From positions 1 through 64,000 of IMG/VR virus record IMGVR_UViG_3300025411_000008: a stretch of 64,000 bases of DNA. The stretch is one strand, 5' to 3'. The stretch's first letter is position 1. Each line of letters starts with the position of its first letter. Both the position numbers and the translations under genes were made by a program. Source of the DNA: a virus. The notes under the pieces are model-generated. The model did not search any database and was not told the DNA's origin. It saw only the letters and a list, made by a program, of their open reading frames with translations. Shown here in pieces: positions 1 to 9,276 of this stretch.

Positions 1-1
1 G

Positions 2-391
2 TGGTATTGCATCCCCAGATGCTTCCTTCTTGTTATCCCCGCCGCCATGCTTTGAAACGATGCTAGCGGCCCATGACTTACCGGCGTCTCCACCCCATGC
101 AAGCCAGGCTACCTTACCGGGGCTGTCGTTGTTCCAGTCCTTACCCTTCTTGTCAACGCCGTGGCGTGAGAAGTATGAGTGCATACGCTTGATATCACTA
201 AGAGGTACCATCTCACCTGCAGCAAGCTGGTGTGCGCGGTGGCGTCCTACGCTAGTGAACCCGTCACCAGCCTTACCCTGCTCAATTAGCTTAAGTGCGT
301 GCTTAGCGGCGGACTGCACAGATGCTGGTGGCTTGAACTTGCCACTGCTCTTCTCTTCTTTATCTTTTGCATAGCGCAAATTCCAAGACAT
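2..391 (-). CDS. Phage head-associated conserved-domain protein, runs off the left edge (not in the ORF track)
   Basis: Manual translation: MSWNLRYAKDKEEKSSGKFKPPASVQSAAKHALKLIEQGKAGDGFTSVGRHRAHQLAAGE...RMHSYFSRH...SPGKVAWLAWGGDAG. No stop before the edge. I recognise the domain from phage head-morphogenesis regions. Confidence 0.75.
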   Translation of the reverse strand, partial: MSWNLRYAKDKEEKSSGKFKPPASVQSAAKHALKLIEQGKAGDGFTSVGRHRAHQLAAGEMVPLSDIKRMHSYFSRHGVDKKGKDWNNDSPGKVAWLAWGGDAGKSWAASIVSKHGGGDNKKEASGDAIP

Positions 392-393
392 AA

Positions 394-777
394 TTATCTC
401 CTATTCAAGTAATCGTTAACAACTTTGCAAGGCCAAGTTGTGTGGCCCGGGCACTTCATGCAAATGTCGATGCCCTCGTAATCAGGGTGAATACCTTCTC
501 CTGGGACACCTTCATGCCCAGTAGCTTCACGGAGGGAGTCAGCAGCGGCAGCGTGCAAACGTGACTGCTCCATCTCACCCTTATTAGCATGCCATTGCTC
601 ACCCTTGTCGTGGTGATCGAGTAGCGTATTCATTTCCTTGATGTGATGAGCGTGATCGATCTTGCTAGGCCATGCTTCAGCAGTACGCACTGATGCGGTC
701 TTGTGTACAATTTCTTCTGTTGATGCTGTACGGAAATTAGTCTCGTACGTTTCGTCTGCTCTTGATACTTTTCTCAT
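394..777 (-). CDS. His-rich hypothetical protein with C-terminal H-CxxC-WPC motif
   Basis: ORF coupled to its neighbours. Contains HPDYEGIDICMKCPGHTTWPC and RTAS/KTAS/RTAE motifs. Confidence 0.65.
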   Translation of the reverse strand: MRKVSRADETYETNFRTASTEEIVHKTASVRTAEAWPSKIDHAHHIKEMNTLLDHHDKGEQWHANKGEMEQSRLHAAAADSLREATGHEGVPGEGIHPDYEGIDICMKCPGHTTWPCKVVNDYLNRR

Positions 778-1778
778 TACTTGCCTTTCTTAAGACCTTC
801 TACATTGTGGTGCAAGATTCTAATGTTATTAATGATTTCGTCATGCCGCTTGTTGATGGTTTTGCCCATTTTATCACGGTTTGCAGCGTCTGCCTGGTCG
901 ATGTGGATGCAACTTTGGCAGTTTTTACCCGTACAAAATGGGGAAATCTTCTTATAATCGATACCAGCTTCACCAGTGCTTGCCATCTTTTGCATGGAAG
1001 GACGGTTCTCTTTGATGTTGTTACGTACTTGGTTGAAGAATAGTTCAGCAGCTGCTTTTGAGTCACCAAGAGCCGAGTGATCACCTGTCCTAATGCCTTG
1101 ATCGTTGCAAAGAGCGGTAAGATTGTTGATTGTCTTACCTGTATCAGGGTTAATTGGACCTTCTTGACGTAGTCTTGCATGGTCCATCGTATCGATAGTA
1201 CGGCGTCGAGCATCATCGATATCAAAGCCAGCTGGCTTGATACCATATTCTTTAGGACCACGTTCTAGGTCGTGATCATGAGCGTCATCATGCGCTTTTT
1301 GTAGCATATCCCAGTCAAAGCCTAAATTATGCCCCAGAAATACAGCACCTTGCTTCTGATAGTGGGCCATGATCTTCATTGCTTTAGTCGCAGCGGCGTG
1401 TGGGTGCAACGCTGATTCAAAAGTATTACCATGAACGTCTCTTGTGATGTTACCGTTGTAACTGTCTTTTAGTTGTTGACGTGGAATGAGGTGAGTATTC
1501 AAAGCGCCAGAAGTCATTGGGCTTTCACTCTGTCTATTAACGGCAAGAAAGTGGTGAGACTCGTCAGGCTGATGGATACCGTTACGATATACAGCGATAC
1601 CATAAGATATGGGTCTACCATTGCTCTCTGGGAAACCAGTTGTTTCTGTGTCCCATGCAACCATAAGCTTAGGAACGCCATGATATAGCCTTTGCTTAGA
1701 ATCTGGAGAGCGATCGAACACTCCTTCATCTAATTCTGGCAGTTCATTAGGGGCTGATGCGTATCTAGAATTGAACAT
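777..1778 (-). CDS. DEDDh (DnaQ-like) 3'-5' exonuclease with C-terminal Cys/His module
   Basis: ExoI WDTETTG, ExoII GHNLGFD, IDT and ExoIII HSALGD are all intact. Confidence 0.9.
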   Translation of the reverse strand: MFNSRYASAPNELPELDEGVFDRSPDSKQRLYHGVPKLMVAWDTETTGFPESNGRPISYGIAVYRNGIHQPDESHHFLAVNRQSESPMTSGALNTHLIPRQQLKDSYNGNITRDVHGNTFESALHPHAAATKAMKIMAHYQKQGAVFLGHNLGFDWDMLQKAHDDAHDHDLERGPKEYGIKPAGFDIDDARRRTIDTMDHARLRQEGPINPDTGKTINNLTALCNDQGIRTGDHSALGDSKAAAELFFNQVRNNIKENRPSMQKMASTGEAGIDYKKISPFCTGKNCQSCIHIDQADAANRDKMGKTINKRHDEIINNIRILHHNVEGLKKGK

Positions 1779-1779
1779 C

Positions 1780-2976
1780 TTATTCCTCGTACTTGTCGTG
1801 GGTGTAAGGTGTCGGCAAGAACTTGCTCTCGCTGAGATTGCTTAGAGCCTCGAGCTTTCTCTTGCTCGCAACGTATTCTGGCACGGTTCTAGCGTTAAGC
1901 TGATTGAGTGTGTGGTGCTGGATAAGAGCGTTTACGTGTCTATCATAAGTAGAAGGGCCCATAACTGACTGTGGGTCATAGCTAGTTGTGTCGCCTGTAA
2001 GCTTTCTGAACCTAGGCTCTACCTTGTGGCACTCACTGATGCACCATTCGTTTGCTCGTCTACGCCATGGCGTGTTTGGGAAAGCCCCTGTGAACTTCTC
2101 TTCTGGAGCGTTCTTTAAGCTAAGGTGGTGTCGTACTACTTCAGCAAGAATATTGGTGTGATCTTCCGGAGAAAGAAGTGTGCGGTTCTGAAACGCTGAG
2201 CGCGTTGTGTGGTCTTCGAACTTTTGTTCGTTATTGCTTATATTGTCTCTGTAGTAATCAAGGTATCCATGAGCAGCATTCTTAGCCTGCACGTGATTGC
2301 CTGGATTGTTCTTAAGACCGTCTTCATAGTCTTCGATTGGGATGCCTTCGCTAGCAGCGTCGAGGCAATCAGCATGACTAGCACCTAAGTTACGTACGCG
2401 CTTGTATGTAGCCTTATCGTATGAAGGTTTGATAACCTTGTTAGGATCGTTGCTCTTGAAGATGTTGGCATCGGCCAAACGCATTTCTTCATGCTCTTCA
2501 GGGGTTGGATTGACTTCGTAGGTGCGTGGTGCACGCTTGTCATCCTTGCTTTCCCATGGTCTGCGATCATTAACAACCCAAGCATTAGGCTTACTACCCC
2601 TAGATTCAGGAGCCATAGGAGCTAATTTTGCCCTAGGCGCATTGACTGTTGGTTTCTGCTGTGGTGTAGCCTGCAATGCCTCAGTATCCTCTGGCAATTG
2701 CTCGTGAGGAATACTGCTAGGTTGTGTAGAGATAGCACCCTCTGCACGGCCAGGGATAAACGTTCTGTATGCCTGTCTATCTAGGCAAAAGGCTCTGACG
2801 CGGCCCTTATCATCAATACCTGTAGGAATTACTCTACGGGGAGCAGCTTCTGGATCACTAGCACCGCGATAGTTCATGTGAACTTCGTGCTTATTGTCTA
2901 TAGCCTGCTGGAAAACATCATGTGGGCGTGGAGCATCACTTGCAGTCTTAGTGAATAGTGAATTGATCCAGCCCAT
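1780..2976 (-). CDS. WYL-domain protein with long unknown C-terminal region
   Basis: The N-terminal QQAIDNKHEVHMNY...RRVIPTGI...VRAFCLDRQAYRTF matches the WYL pattern. Confidence 0.75.
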   Translation of the reverse strand: MGWINSLFTKTASDAPRPHDVFQQAIDNKHEVHMNYRGASDPEAAPRRVIPTGIDDKGRVRAFCLDRQAYRTFIPGRAEGAISTQPSSIPHEQLPEDTEALQATPQQKPTVNAPRAKLAPMAPESRGSKPNAWVVNDRRPWESKDDKRAPRTYEVNPTPEEHEEMRLADANIFKSNDPNKVIKPSYDKATYKRVRNLGASHADCLDAASEGIPIEDYEDGLKNNPGNHVQAKNAAHGYLDYYRDNISNNEQKFEDHTTRSAFQNRTLLSPEDHTNILAEVVRHHLSLKNAPEEKFTGAFPNTPWRRRANEWCISECHKVEPRFRKLTGDTTSYDPQSVMGPSTYDRHVNALIQHHTLNQLNARTVPEYVASKRKLEALSNLSESKFLPTPYTHDKYEE

Positions 2977-2979
2977 AGC

Positions 2980-3480
2980 TTACATCCCCGGTAGAATTAG
3001 TTTCTTGTTGCCAAGCCCAAGGCTCTTGCGCTTAGCTGTGTAATAGTCGTCGGCCACACCCATACCCGTTTCGTAACGGTTCTGCTCAGGATTGTACTCT
3101 GAGCCATCAAGGCGTCCAACGATTGTGATGGTAGGAGGCTGTGGAGCATCCTTACCATTAGACTGCAAAAGACCTGGCATAACCCAGTCGACTACGACCT
3201 GGAAACCGAGCAGTGCGAACTTCTCGTCTGCTTCATTGCGAAGAGACGTAAGGTTCTCGAAGCTACCCTTACGGTTGCCATACTTGTACTGGAGCTCTTG
3301 CAGGAGCTTCCATACGCCCATGAGCTCTGATTCCATAAGCTCGATAGGCTGTTCCTTACCGAGTGCTTCCTCTTCAGCCTTCTGTTGAGCGAGGTAAGCG
3401 TTAACCTGTGCAATCTGCTCAGGTGTTTGCTTAACATCTTCAGGCCGGATACCCGGAATGTCGTATGGATCGGTTGCCAT
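2980..3480 (-). CDS. Hypothetical phage protein
   Basis: 166-aa ORF in the co-directional gene run, with a purine-rich RBS. Confidence 0.7.
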   Translation of the reverse strand: MATDPYDIPGIRPEDVKQTPEQIAQVNAYLAQQKAEEEALGKEQPIELMESELMGVWKLLQELQYKYGNRKGSFENLTSLRNEADEKFALLGFQVVVDWVMPGLLQSNGKDAPQPPTITIVGRLDGSEYNPEQNRYETGMGVADDYYTAKRKSLGLGNKKLILPGM

Positions 3481-3496
3481 GTTCTTCTTTCGTTAA

Positions 3497-6400
3497 TTAA
3501 GGTCTAGCTGACAATACGTCTCGGCAGTCCTGGCACTTCTTAGAGCCCTTACCGCCTTCGATAGGAGTACCGCAGCGTTCACATTCTCTATTAATGTCTG
3601 GACCAGCGTAAAGAGGTGTGTTGCTAGAGAAAGCATCGTAATACGTAAAGCTTCTAGGATCCTTAGCCTTTGATCTAGTATCCCCACCCCTGGCGGCAAT
3701 TGTAGCAGATAACGAGGCAATTACGCTAGAAGTTTTCTTGATTTTTGTACGGTAAGAATTGTTGATGTTGTGATCTGGGTGTGATGGGTTCGCCTCACGA
3801 CCGTGCTTTTCTACCATCTGCTGCTTAATGTGGTCAGGGGTATCGTTCCACTGGTCTTTACGTTGCTCACGCTGATTAGCCTTGTAAGCAAAGTTCATAG
3901 CGGGGAGGCCGACGCCAACAGTTGTTGCCATGTCTGTCAAGAAGCCTGAAAGTTGCTGACCACCCGTAAGGTGCTCTTTGCCAGGTCCATTCTGCAGGAT
4001 ACGCCCACCATTGAGGAAAGCTGTACCAATATCGTGGACAAGGTTGAAGTCGATAGCTTCTTTCTTGGCTGAATTGAAAATAAAATGTGGCATTTCTTCG
4101 CCCTTCTTTGCATTAATAGTGCGTCTGTTAACTGCTTTTTGGCTCTCTGATTTTGCTCTCTGCAAGCGGTTTACAACATTGCCATGCTCTTCAGATAGCT
4201 TAGCTTGGGCCTCGTCGATACCCATGTCTGGGTATGCCTTGGAAAGCGCTTCGTGGTATGACTTTGAGTAGTTCTTCTCAGCGAGTTCCTTCATGAACCT
4301 AGGCTCTGGGATACGCTCGCTGTCTGGGATACGCTCGCTACCAACGACTGGTACTTCACGTGTGCGTGTCTCTTCCTTGTAGGTTGTTTCTCTTACCTTA
4401 GGACTGAACTGACCAGTGTGCTTGATTTGCGGGTTGAACATGTCAGTTTCGCTGTCTTTTTCAAGACGTTCAACCGAGTGCTCAGCATGCCATTGCTTCT
4501 TTAGATTGTTAACGTATGCAGCAGCACCAAGTGGTCCCGTTTTGTGAGTAGCTGGGAAGAGCTCTTGTGCTCTAACTTCGTGCTCACCAGGAACATATTT
4601 GCCCGATGCATCATTGCCACCGAACAAACGCTTGTACTCTGTGTCGTAGTCAACGAGCTTTTCTTTACCGTTAACAACCTTCTTAACATAACCACGCGTA
4701 ACTGGTACCTTACGTGTCTCTGTAATGGTTTCAGTCCTACCAGTTTCTACTGGTCGGTGCGTAGGCTGGAGGTCGTAACGGTTCTTCTGTCTGTGGTATT
4801 CCTTAAGAGCTGCGACATCAGGGTCAACGCCAGCCTTCTGGAACAAGTAAGCATGCTCGCTTGGGAGCATTTCTAGGTTAGACATATCCATCTTGTGGTA
4901 ACCATTACATCCAGGCTTGCTACAGGCTGTGCAGCGTGTGTCCTTGAAGTTCTGGATCTTTGTACCCATCTCGTAATCAGCATTGGGATCTACGCTGCTC
5001 TTACCAGTTCCAGGGATAACGTAGCTTACCTCGTGGTTACCATCACAACCGTATGGGTTGGTGCAGTGAGGGTGGAAGCACTTTGTCTCAGTGTGGTTCT
5101 CATTCTTTTGAAGCAGGAACTTACCACTAATAGGCTCTTCGTACTTACCTGCACGTGGGTCGTCAGCTAAGCTAAAGTTCTGTACGCTCTTAGAACCGTT
5201 GGGTTCAACAACATAACGAGCATCTTCACCTCTTGATTGGTAACCGAATGCTGTTCCTCTAGGCAAGTCGACGTGAGTCACCGTCTTAAGGCCAGGGATC
5301 CTTCTTCTCTCAAGAGCTGTGCTACCGCCAGGTGTCATCTCTACGGTATTGCCATCCTTGTCATACTTAGGTGCCCAAGCTACTGAAGGGCCACCAACTG
5401 GCTTGCCTGTGTTGGGGTCAATCTTCTTAGGCAATGTATATGGCTTGTAGCTGGTGTCACCTTCTGGCAGCCTGCTAATGTCACCCTTGAGCTCTTGGTA
5501 CTCGCTCTTAGAACGTTCTTTGTATTGCGTTCTAGTTTCCTTCGTAGGGTCATACGGATCAAAGCGTGGCTGACCCTTCTCTTCGTTGAACAAGTCTTCT
5601 TGAGGGACTGATTCGTTCTTGTGGTATCCCCAGCCGCCAGGAGTTCTCTTAAGTTGCTTAGAAAGAGCTTCAACCTCTGGGTTGCGCTCACCTTCGCTGC
5701 CTGAAGTATCAATACTGATAGGTGCTCTAGGGTCGAGGCCACTGAGAGATACACCGTGGTGGTGCTTCTGGTGATCATTCCATTCATCAAGCGTCTTGTG
5801 AAGAGCGTGAAGTTCTGGCTCTTGTCTTCTGCTTGGTGTATTACCATCATTCCAATTGTCCCAGATCTCATCTGAGATCTCATGGTGTGTTGTTTCTGCG
5901 TGTGCCTTCTCTTGCTCTGGTGTCGCACCAGGGATAGGGCTAGAAATATTCTTACGGTACTTGTCTACACCGTCTTCGTATGCCTTCCAGTGCTGATCAC
6001 AAACAGGGCAAGCAGACGTAGGGACATCTACAGTAGCTTCTGAAGCCCTCATAGGCTTAGGGGTTTCTACTGGAAGCTTCTTGATCTGACGTGTACTCTT
6101 GAAAGAGTGGTACATATCTGGGCTAATACCCATGTCTTCTGGCGAAAGGCCAGCTGCTTCACCGTGTCTAATGAAGTGGTTAAGCAGATTGCTAGCATCT
6201 TGAGCGTGGTCGCCAGTAGTTGGTTCAATCTGTGAAAGCACCTTTGAGTCACCGCGTGACATCAAACCCTTCATGGTGTTGAAAAGGAACTTGTGGTAGA
6301 CAGTACCACGTCCTTCTGTAGGGCGCAGTTCTTCTGCCTCAGTTAGCTTATAACGTTCACCCTTAGGGTTCTGTGGGTCTACAAGGCGTTGTTCTGGATT

Positions 6401-6721
6401 AGGAAGCAGGCCCTTGTACGATTCGCCAAGTCCTCTGGTCAAAGGCAATTGGTTGCGCATCTGTGTCTTTACTTCATCAGGTACAGTAAAGCCATTCTCT
6501 GCCAGTACGTGTGTGCAATCACAGCCATGAATCTGAGGGATCTCAGTAGGATCCATTTCCTTTTTAACAAGGTCATCTGGGTCATAGCCCTTTTGCTTAG
6601 GAGATAGTCTTGGTGTCTCTACGCCAAAATCGAGTGATGGTCTGTAATTGACAGGCAACTGGAAGCCAGTTTGTGAATCAGCTACCTTAGTTCTTGAGAA
6701 GATTTCGCTTAGCTTAGCCAT
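3497..6721 (-). CDS. Large (1074 aa) hydrophilic protein with several Cys/His zinc-binding motifs
   Basis: Motifs CPVCDQH, CFHPHC..GCDGNH, CTACSKPGCNGYH and CERC..CQDC. No catalytic domain recognised. Confidence 0.75.
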   Translation of the reverse strand: MAKLSEIFSRTKVADSQTGFQLPVNYRPSLDFGVETPRLSPKQKGYDPDDLVKKEMDPTEIPQIHGCDCTHVLAENGFTVPDEVKTQMRNQLPLTRGLGESYKGLLPNPEQRLVDPQNPKGERYKLTEAEELRPTEGRGTVYHKFLFNTMKGLMSRGDSKVLSQIEPTTGDHAQDASNLLNHFIRHGEAAGLSPEDMGISPDMYHSFKSTRQIKKLPVETPKPMRASEATVDVPTSACPVCDQHWKAYEDGVDKYRKNISSPIPGATPEQEKAHAETTHHEISDEIWDNWNDGNTPSRRQEPELHALHKTLDEWNDHQKHHHGVSLSGLDPRAPISIDTSGSEGERNPEVEALSKQLKRTPGGWGYHKNESVPQEDLFNEEKGQPRFDPYDPTKETRTQYKERSKSEYQELKGDISRLPEGDTSYKPYTLPKKIDPNTGKPVGGPSVAWAPKYDKDGNTVEMTPGGSTALERRRIPGLKTVTHVDLPRGTAFGYQSRGEDARYVVEPNGSKSVQNFSLADDPRAGKYEEPISGKFLLQKNENHTETKCFHPHCTNPYGCDGNHEVSYVIPGTGKSSVDPNADYEMGTKIQNFKDTRCTACSKPGCNGYHKMDMSNLEMLPSEHAYLFQKAGVDPDVAALKEYHRQKNRYDLQPTHRPVETGRTETITETRKVPVTRGYVKKVVNGKEKLVDYDTEYKRLFGGNDASGKYVPGEHEVRAQELFPATHKTGPLGAAAYVNNLKKQWHAEHSVERLEKDSETDMFNPQIKHTGQFSPKVRETTYKEETRTREVPVVGSERIPDSERIPEPRFMKELAEKNYSKSYHEALSKAYPDMGIDEAQAKLSEEHGNVVNRLQRAKSESQKAVNRRTINAKKGEEMPHFIFNSAKKEAIDFNLVHDIGTAFLNGGRILQNGPGKEHLTGGQQLSGFLTDMATTVGVGLPAMNFAYKANQREQRKDQWNDTPDHIKQQMVEKHGREANPSHPDHNINNSYRTKIKKTSSVIASLSATIAARGGDTRSKAKDPRSFTYYDAFSSNTPLYAGPDINRECERCGTPIEGGKGSKKCQDCRDVLSARP

Positions 6722-7638
6722 TATGCCTCCATCTTGTTGCTGCCGTAGATGGCATCACGGTGTTCTGCTGCTCCGCCATAACCCTTAGTGTCTTCGTAGT
6801 CACCCTTGATAGCGTTGGTAATGTTATCTGCCATGCTTCTCAAGTGAGTAGCCATAGTTTGGTGCAAGTCGTTGCAACCTCTGTATCCAGGAGCGTTGCA
6901 AGTATCAGCGTTTCCACCACGTGTGTCATGGTGAGAAGCCCAGCTGTTTAGCGTAGACGCAAGGTTCTTGACATGCATCATACGAACATCATCATCCTCT
7001 GGATTATCTGAAAGGATGCCAGTCCATGCTTTGCGAAGTTCTTTTCTGTGCGGCTCACAGTCCAAGCAGTCATAGCATTCAGGACCATCTGCACAATAGT
7101 CAATACCTATCTTTGACAAACCTGGCAGCTTCAAGCTACTAAGGTTGTCGCTGCTCGTCTTGTTGAGCATGTGTTCTGTCTCTGTCTCGCCACCATCGTG
7201 AGAAACCATGCAAGGGTTAACAGGCACACCATTAGGAGTTGTTGCCTTGGCCTTAAAGCTACCCAAAGCCTTGATTGGCTCAGTCAGATCATCGAGTGTT
7301 TTGCTAAGACGCTTTGAGTTAGAAAATTGAAAATTATCCTGGTCCAAAGACATATTTGGGAAAGCACGGGTACCGTACTTAACCATGCTATCGGCGTTCT
7401 TTTGCAACAATCTATACAGATTAGGGGTCTTACTAGACTTTGAGTCTTTAGAACGCTTTAAGTTAACACCGCGCTCATCCAGACTTGCTGCATCTTTAGG
7501 CACTGGTCTGTTGTTTCTAGCAAAATCTTCAGACTTCTTACCGTAGTCAAGGCTGTATTCTCTTAGCTTTGTATTTCTATCTGCCATGATTAGTCTCTTA
7601 TCACGTATTGGCTCTTGGAAGCGTCCATGTCTCTGCAA
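6721..7638 (-). CDS. Cys/His-rich hypothetical protein (true start may be MADRN near 7587)
   Basis: CYDCLDCEPH, WASHH and CNAPGYRGCNDLH. The stop overlaps the next ATG. Confidence 0.7.
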   Translation of the reverse strand: MQRHGRFQEPIRDKRLIMADRNTKLREYSLDYGKKSEDFARNNRPVPKDAASLDERGVNLKRSKDSKSSKTPNLYRLLQKNADSMVKYGTRAFPNMSLDQDNFQFSNSKRLSKTLDDLTEPIKALGSFKAKATTPNGVPVNPCMVSHDGGETETEHMLNKTSSDNLSSLKLPGLSKIGIDYCADGPECYDCLDCEPHRKELRKAWTGILSDNPEDDDVRMMHVKNLASTLNSWASHHDTRGGNADTCNAPGYRGCNDLHQTMATHLRSMADNITNAIKGDYEDTKGYGGAAEHRDAIYGSNKMEA

Positions 7639-8090
7639 CTAGGGTTCTTTACTCGGTCACAGACTCTACCTCTAGTAGTCTGAATAGTTCTAGAAGGCTC
7701 AATAAGCTTCTTGCAGATAGGGCATTCTACTGAACCTGATGCCTTAAGCAGTTCATCGGGACGCCCCTGGTCATCACGACCAGATTCAAGCGCCGAGCTT
7801 CTGTTCTTCTTCCATCTACTAGGGCTAGATGACTTAGAAAGTGCACCAGGTTCTGTAAGAGCGTCGTTCAGACTGGTAAAGCTGTCCTTAGCTTGTCTGA
7901 ATTCTGCTGGCTTCTTGTCGTCTGGGGTGAGACGCTGCTCTTGTCCCCAGTCAGCACCATCACCAGGGGCAGCACATAGGTTAGTAATCTCACTGGGGAA
8001 TACACGAATACGCACATTATATTTGGCAATATCGGGTTGGGTGATGCCTTCAATGACCCGTCCCCACTTACCTACGTTCTTTTTAGCCAT
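7590..8090 (-). CDS. Hypothetical protein with C-terminal zinc finger
   Basis: CPICKK...VCDRVKNPSC. First gene downstream of the putative late promoter at 8109-8129. Confidence 0.7.
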   Translation of the reverse strand: MAKKNVGKWGRVIEGITQPDIAKYNVRIRVFPSEITNLCAAPGDGADWGQEQRLTPDDKKPAEFRQAKDSFTSLNDALTEPGALSKSSSPSRWKKNRSSALESGRDDQGRPDELLKASGSVECPICKKLIEPSRTIQTTRGRVCDRVKNPSCRDMDASKSQYVIRD

Positions 8091-8108
8091 ATAAACCCCT
8101 ATTAGTTA

Positions 8109-8129
8109 CAATAACTGTTGCGTTTTACA
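8109..8129 (-). promoter_or_regulatory. Putative phage late promoter TGTAnnAC-N10-TTG (copy 1)
   Basis: TGTAAAAC-GCAACAGTTA-TTG, intergenic. Same spacing as three other copies. Confidence 0.65.
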
Positions 8130-8156
8130 ACAACTTTTACATAAAAGGGTATAGTT

Positions 8157-8897
8157 TTATAGGTCTTCTTCAAGGTAATCTTCATCAATGTACTCTGCGT
8201 CGAGCTCGATGTCAGCCTTCTTAAGCTTTTTAGGCTTGCCAGGGACATCGATGTTGCCGTTCTGATACTCTTCGATCTTACGGAAGAGCTCTTCCTTGAT
8301 AGCAGCAGGCACAACATCACGGATAGCCAACAAGATGGTGTCAAGCTGGTTGATGAGATCTTCTGGGCGGTAGCTGTCTTCGCCTTCCTTCTCCAGCTTC
8401 TGCAACATCTCCATGGCATGCATGGTCTGGGTTAGCGTAGGCTTCTCGTAACCCTGCGCAATGTCTTCCCAGCCCTTAGCAACAATGACTTCATAGAACG
8501 CTTCTGCGGTGAGGAGGCGATCACCAGTGTCAAGGATGCTACGATTCTTTTCACGGGCACGACGTTCAACGATGTCCCGGACCAGCTTCTTCTCAAATGG
8601 CAGGTGATTCTTCTGGTGGTTTCTGATGTTTTCATAGTTGATGCGCTCCTGTCCTTCGATGCCTAGCTTATCCTGTAATGGCTGAATAAGGGTAAGAACT
8701 TCTTTGTAGGTCTTTGGGAATAGCAAAAGAGAATCAATGACACTCTTGAGCTCATCGCTGCTGTTGCAAATCTTGCATAGAGGCGAGTACTTATATAGGA
8801 AAAGCTCACCGTCGATTTCTTCGCTAAGAAGCTCAGCCGTGGTCGGCGTCATCTTAACTAGGTCTTTGTACTCACGGGTTCTGCGGTCCAGAGTCAT
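8157..8897 (-). CDS. Hypothetical Zn-binding (CxxC...HxxxH) protein, possibly terminase small subunit-like
   Basis: CKICNS...IRNHQKNH, helical body and acidic tail. The functional call is a guess. Confidence 0.5.
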   Translation of the reverse strand: MTLDRRTREYKDLVKMTPTTAELLSEEIDGELFLYKYSPLCKICNSSDELKSVIDSLLLFPKTYKEVLTLIQPLQDKLGIEGQERINYENIRNHQKNHLPFEKKLVRDIVERRAREKNRSILDTGDRLLTAEAFYEVIVAKGWEDIAQGYEKPTLTQTMHAMEMLQKLEKEGEDSYRPEDLINQLDTILLAIRDVVPAAIKEELFRKIEEYQNGNIDVPGKPKKLKKADIELDAEYIDEDYLEEDL

Positions 8898-9276
8898 TCT
8901 TCTTTTCCTTTCCTGTCAATAGGTTATTCTTGTCGACGTGGATTCGACGGAACATACCTTGGCGTGGTGGGATGTCTTCCCAACCATTGAGTTTGCTTTG
9001 AACTTCACGGCGTCTACGGCGCTCTAGCTGGTAATCGCTGAGGAATCCCCAGTCCTTTGACTCTTCTCGACCCGTCTCTTCACGGAGATCGAGCAAGATA
9101 CGGTGGCCAAACCAGTCAAGGCGAGCTTGCATACTCATCTCTTCCCAATTCTTGGGTAGACGATCGAAGTATGTTTCTTCTAGCTTTTCGTATTGTTCTT
9201 CTGGGCTAGTCATTTTCTTTGACTCGTTCCAGCATGGCAGCGTAGAATTCATCAAACTCTTCTTTCGCCCACACAA
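8872..9276 (-). CDS. Hypothetical protein (likely start MTSPEEQ near 9213)
   Basis: ORF track. An internal ATG overlaps the 3' end of the upstream gene. Confidence 0.55.
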   Translation of the reverse strand: MCGRKKSLMNSTLPCWNESKKMTSPEEQYEKLEETYFDRLPKNWEEMSMQARLDWFGHRILLDLREETGREESKDWGFLSDYQLERRRRREVQSKLNGWEDIPPRQGMFRRIHVDKNNLLTGKEKKNDSGPQNP

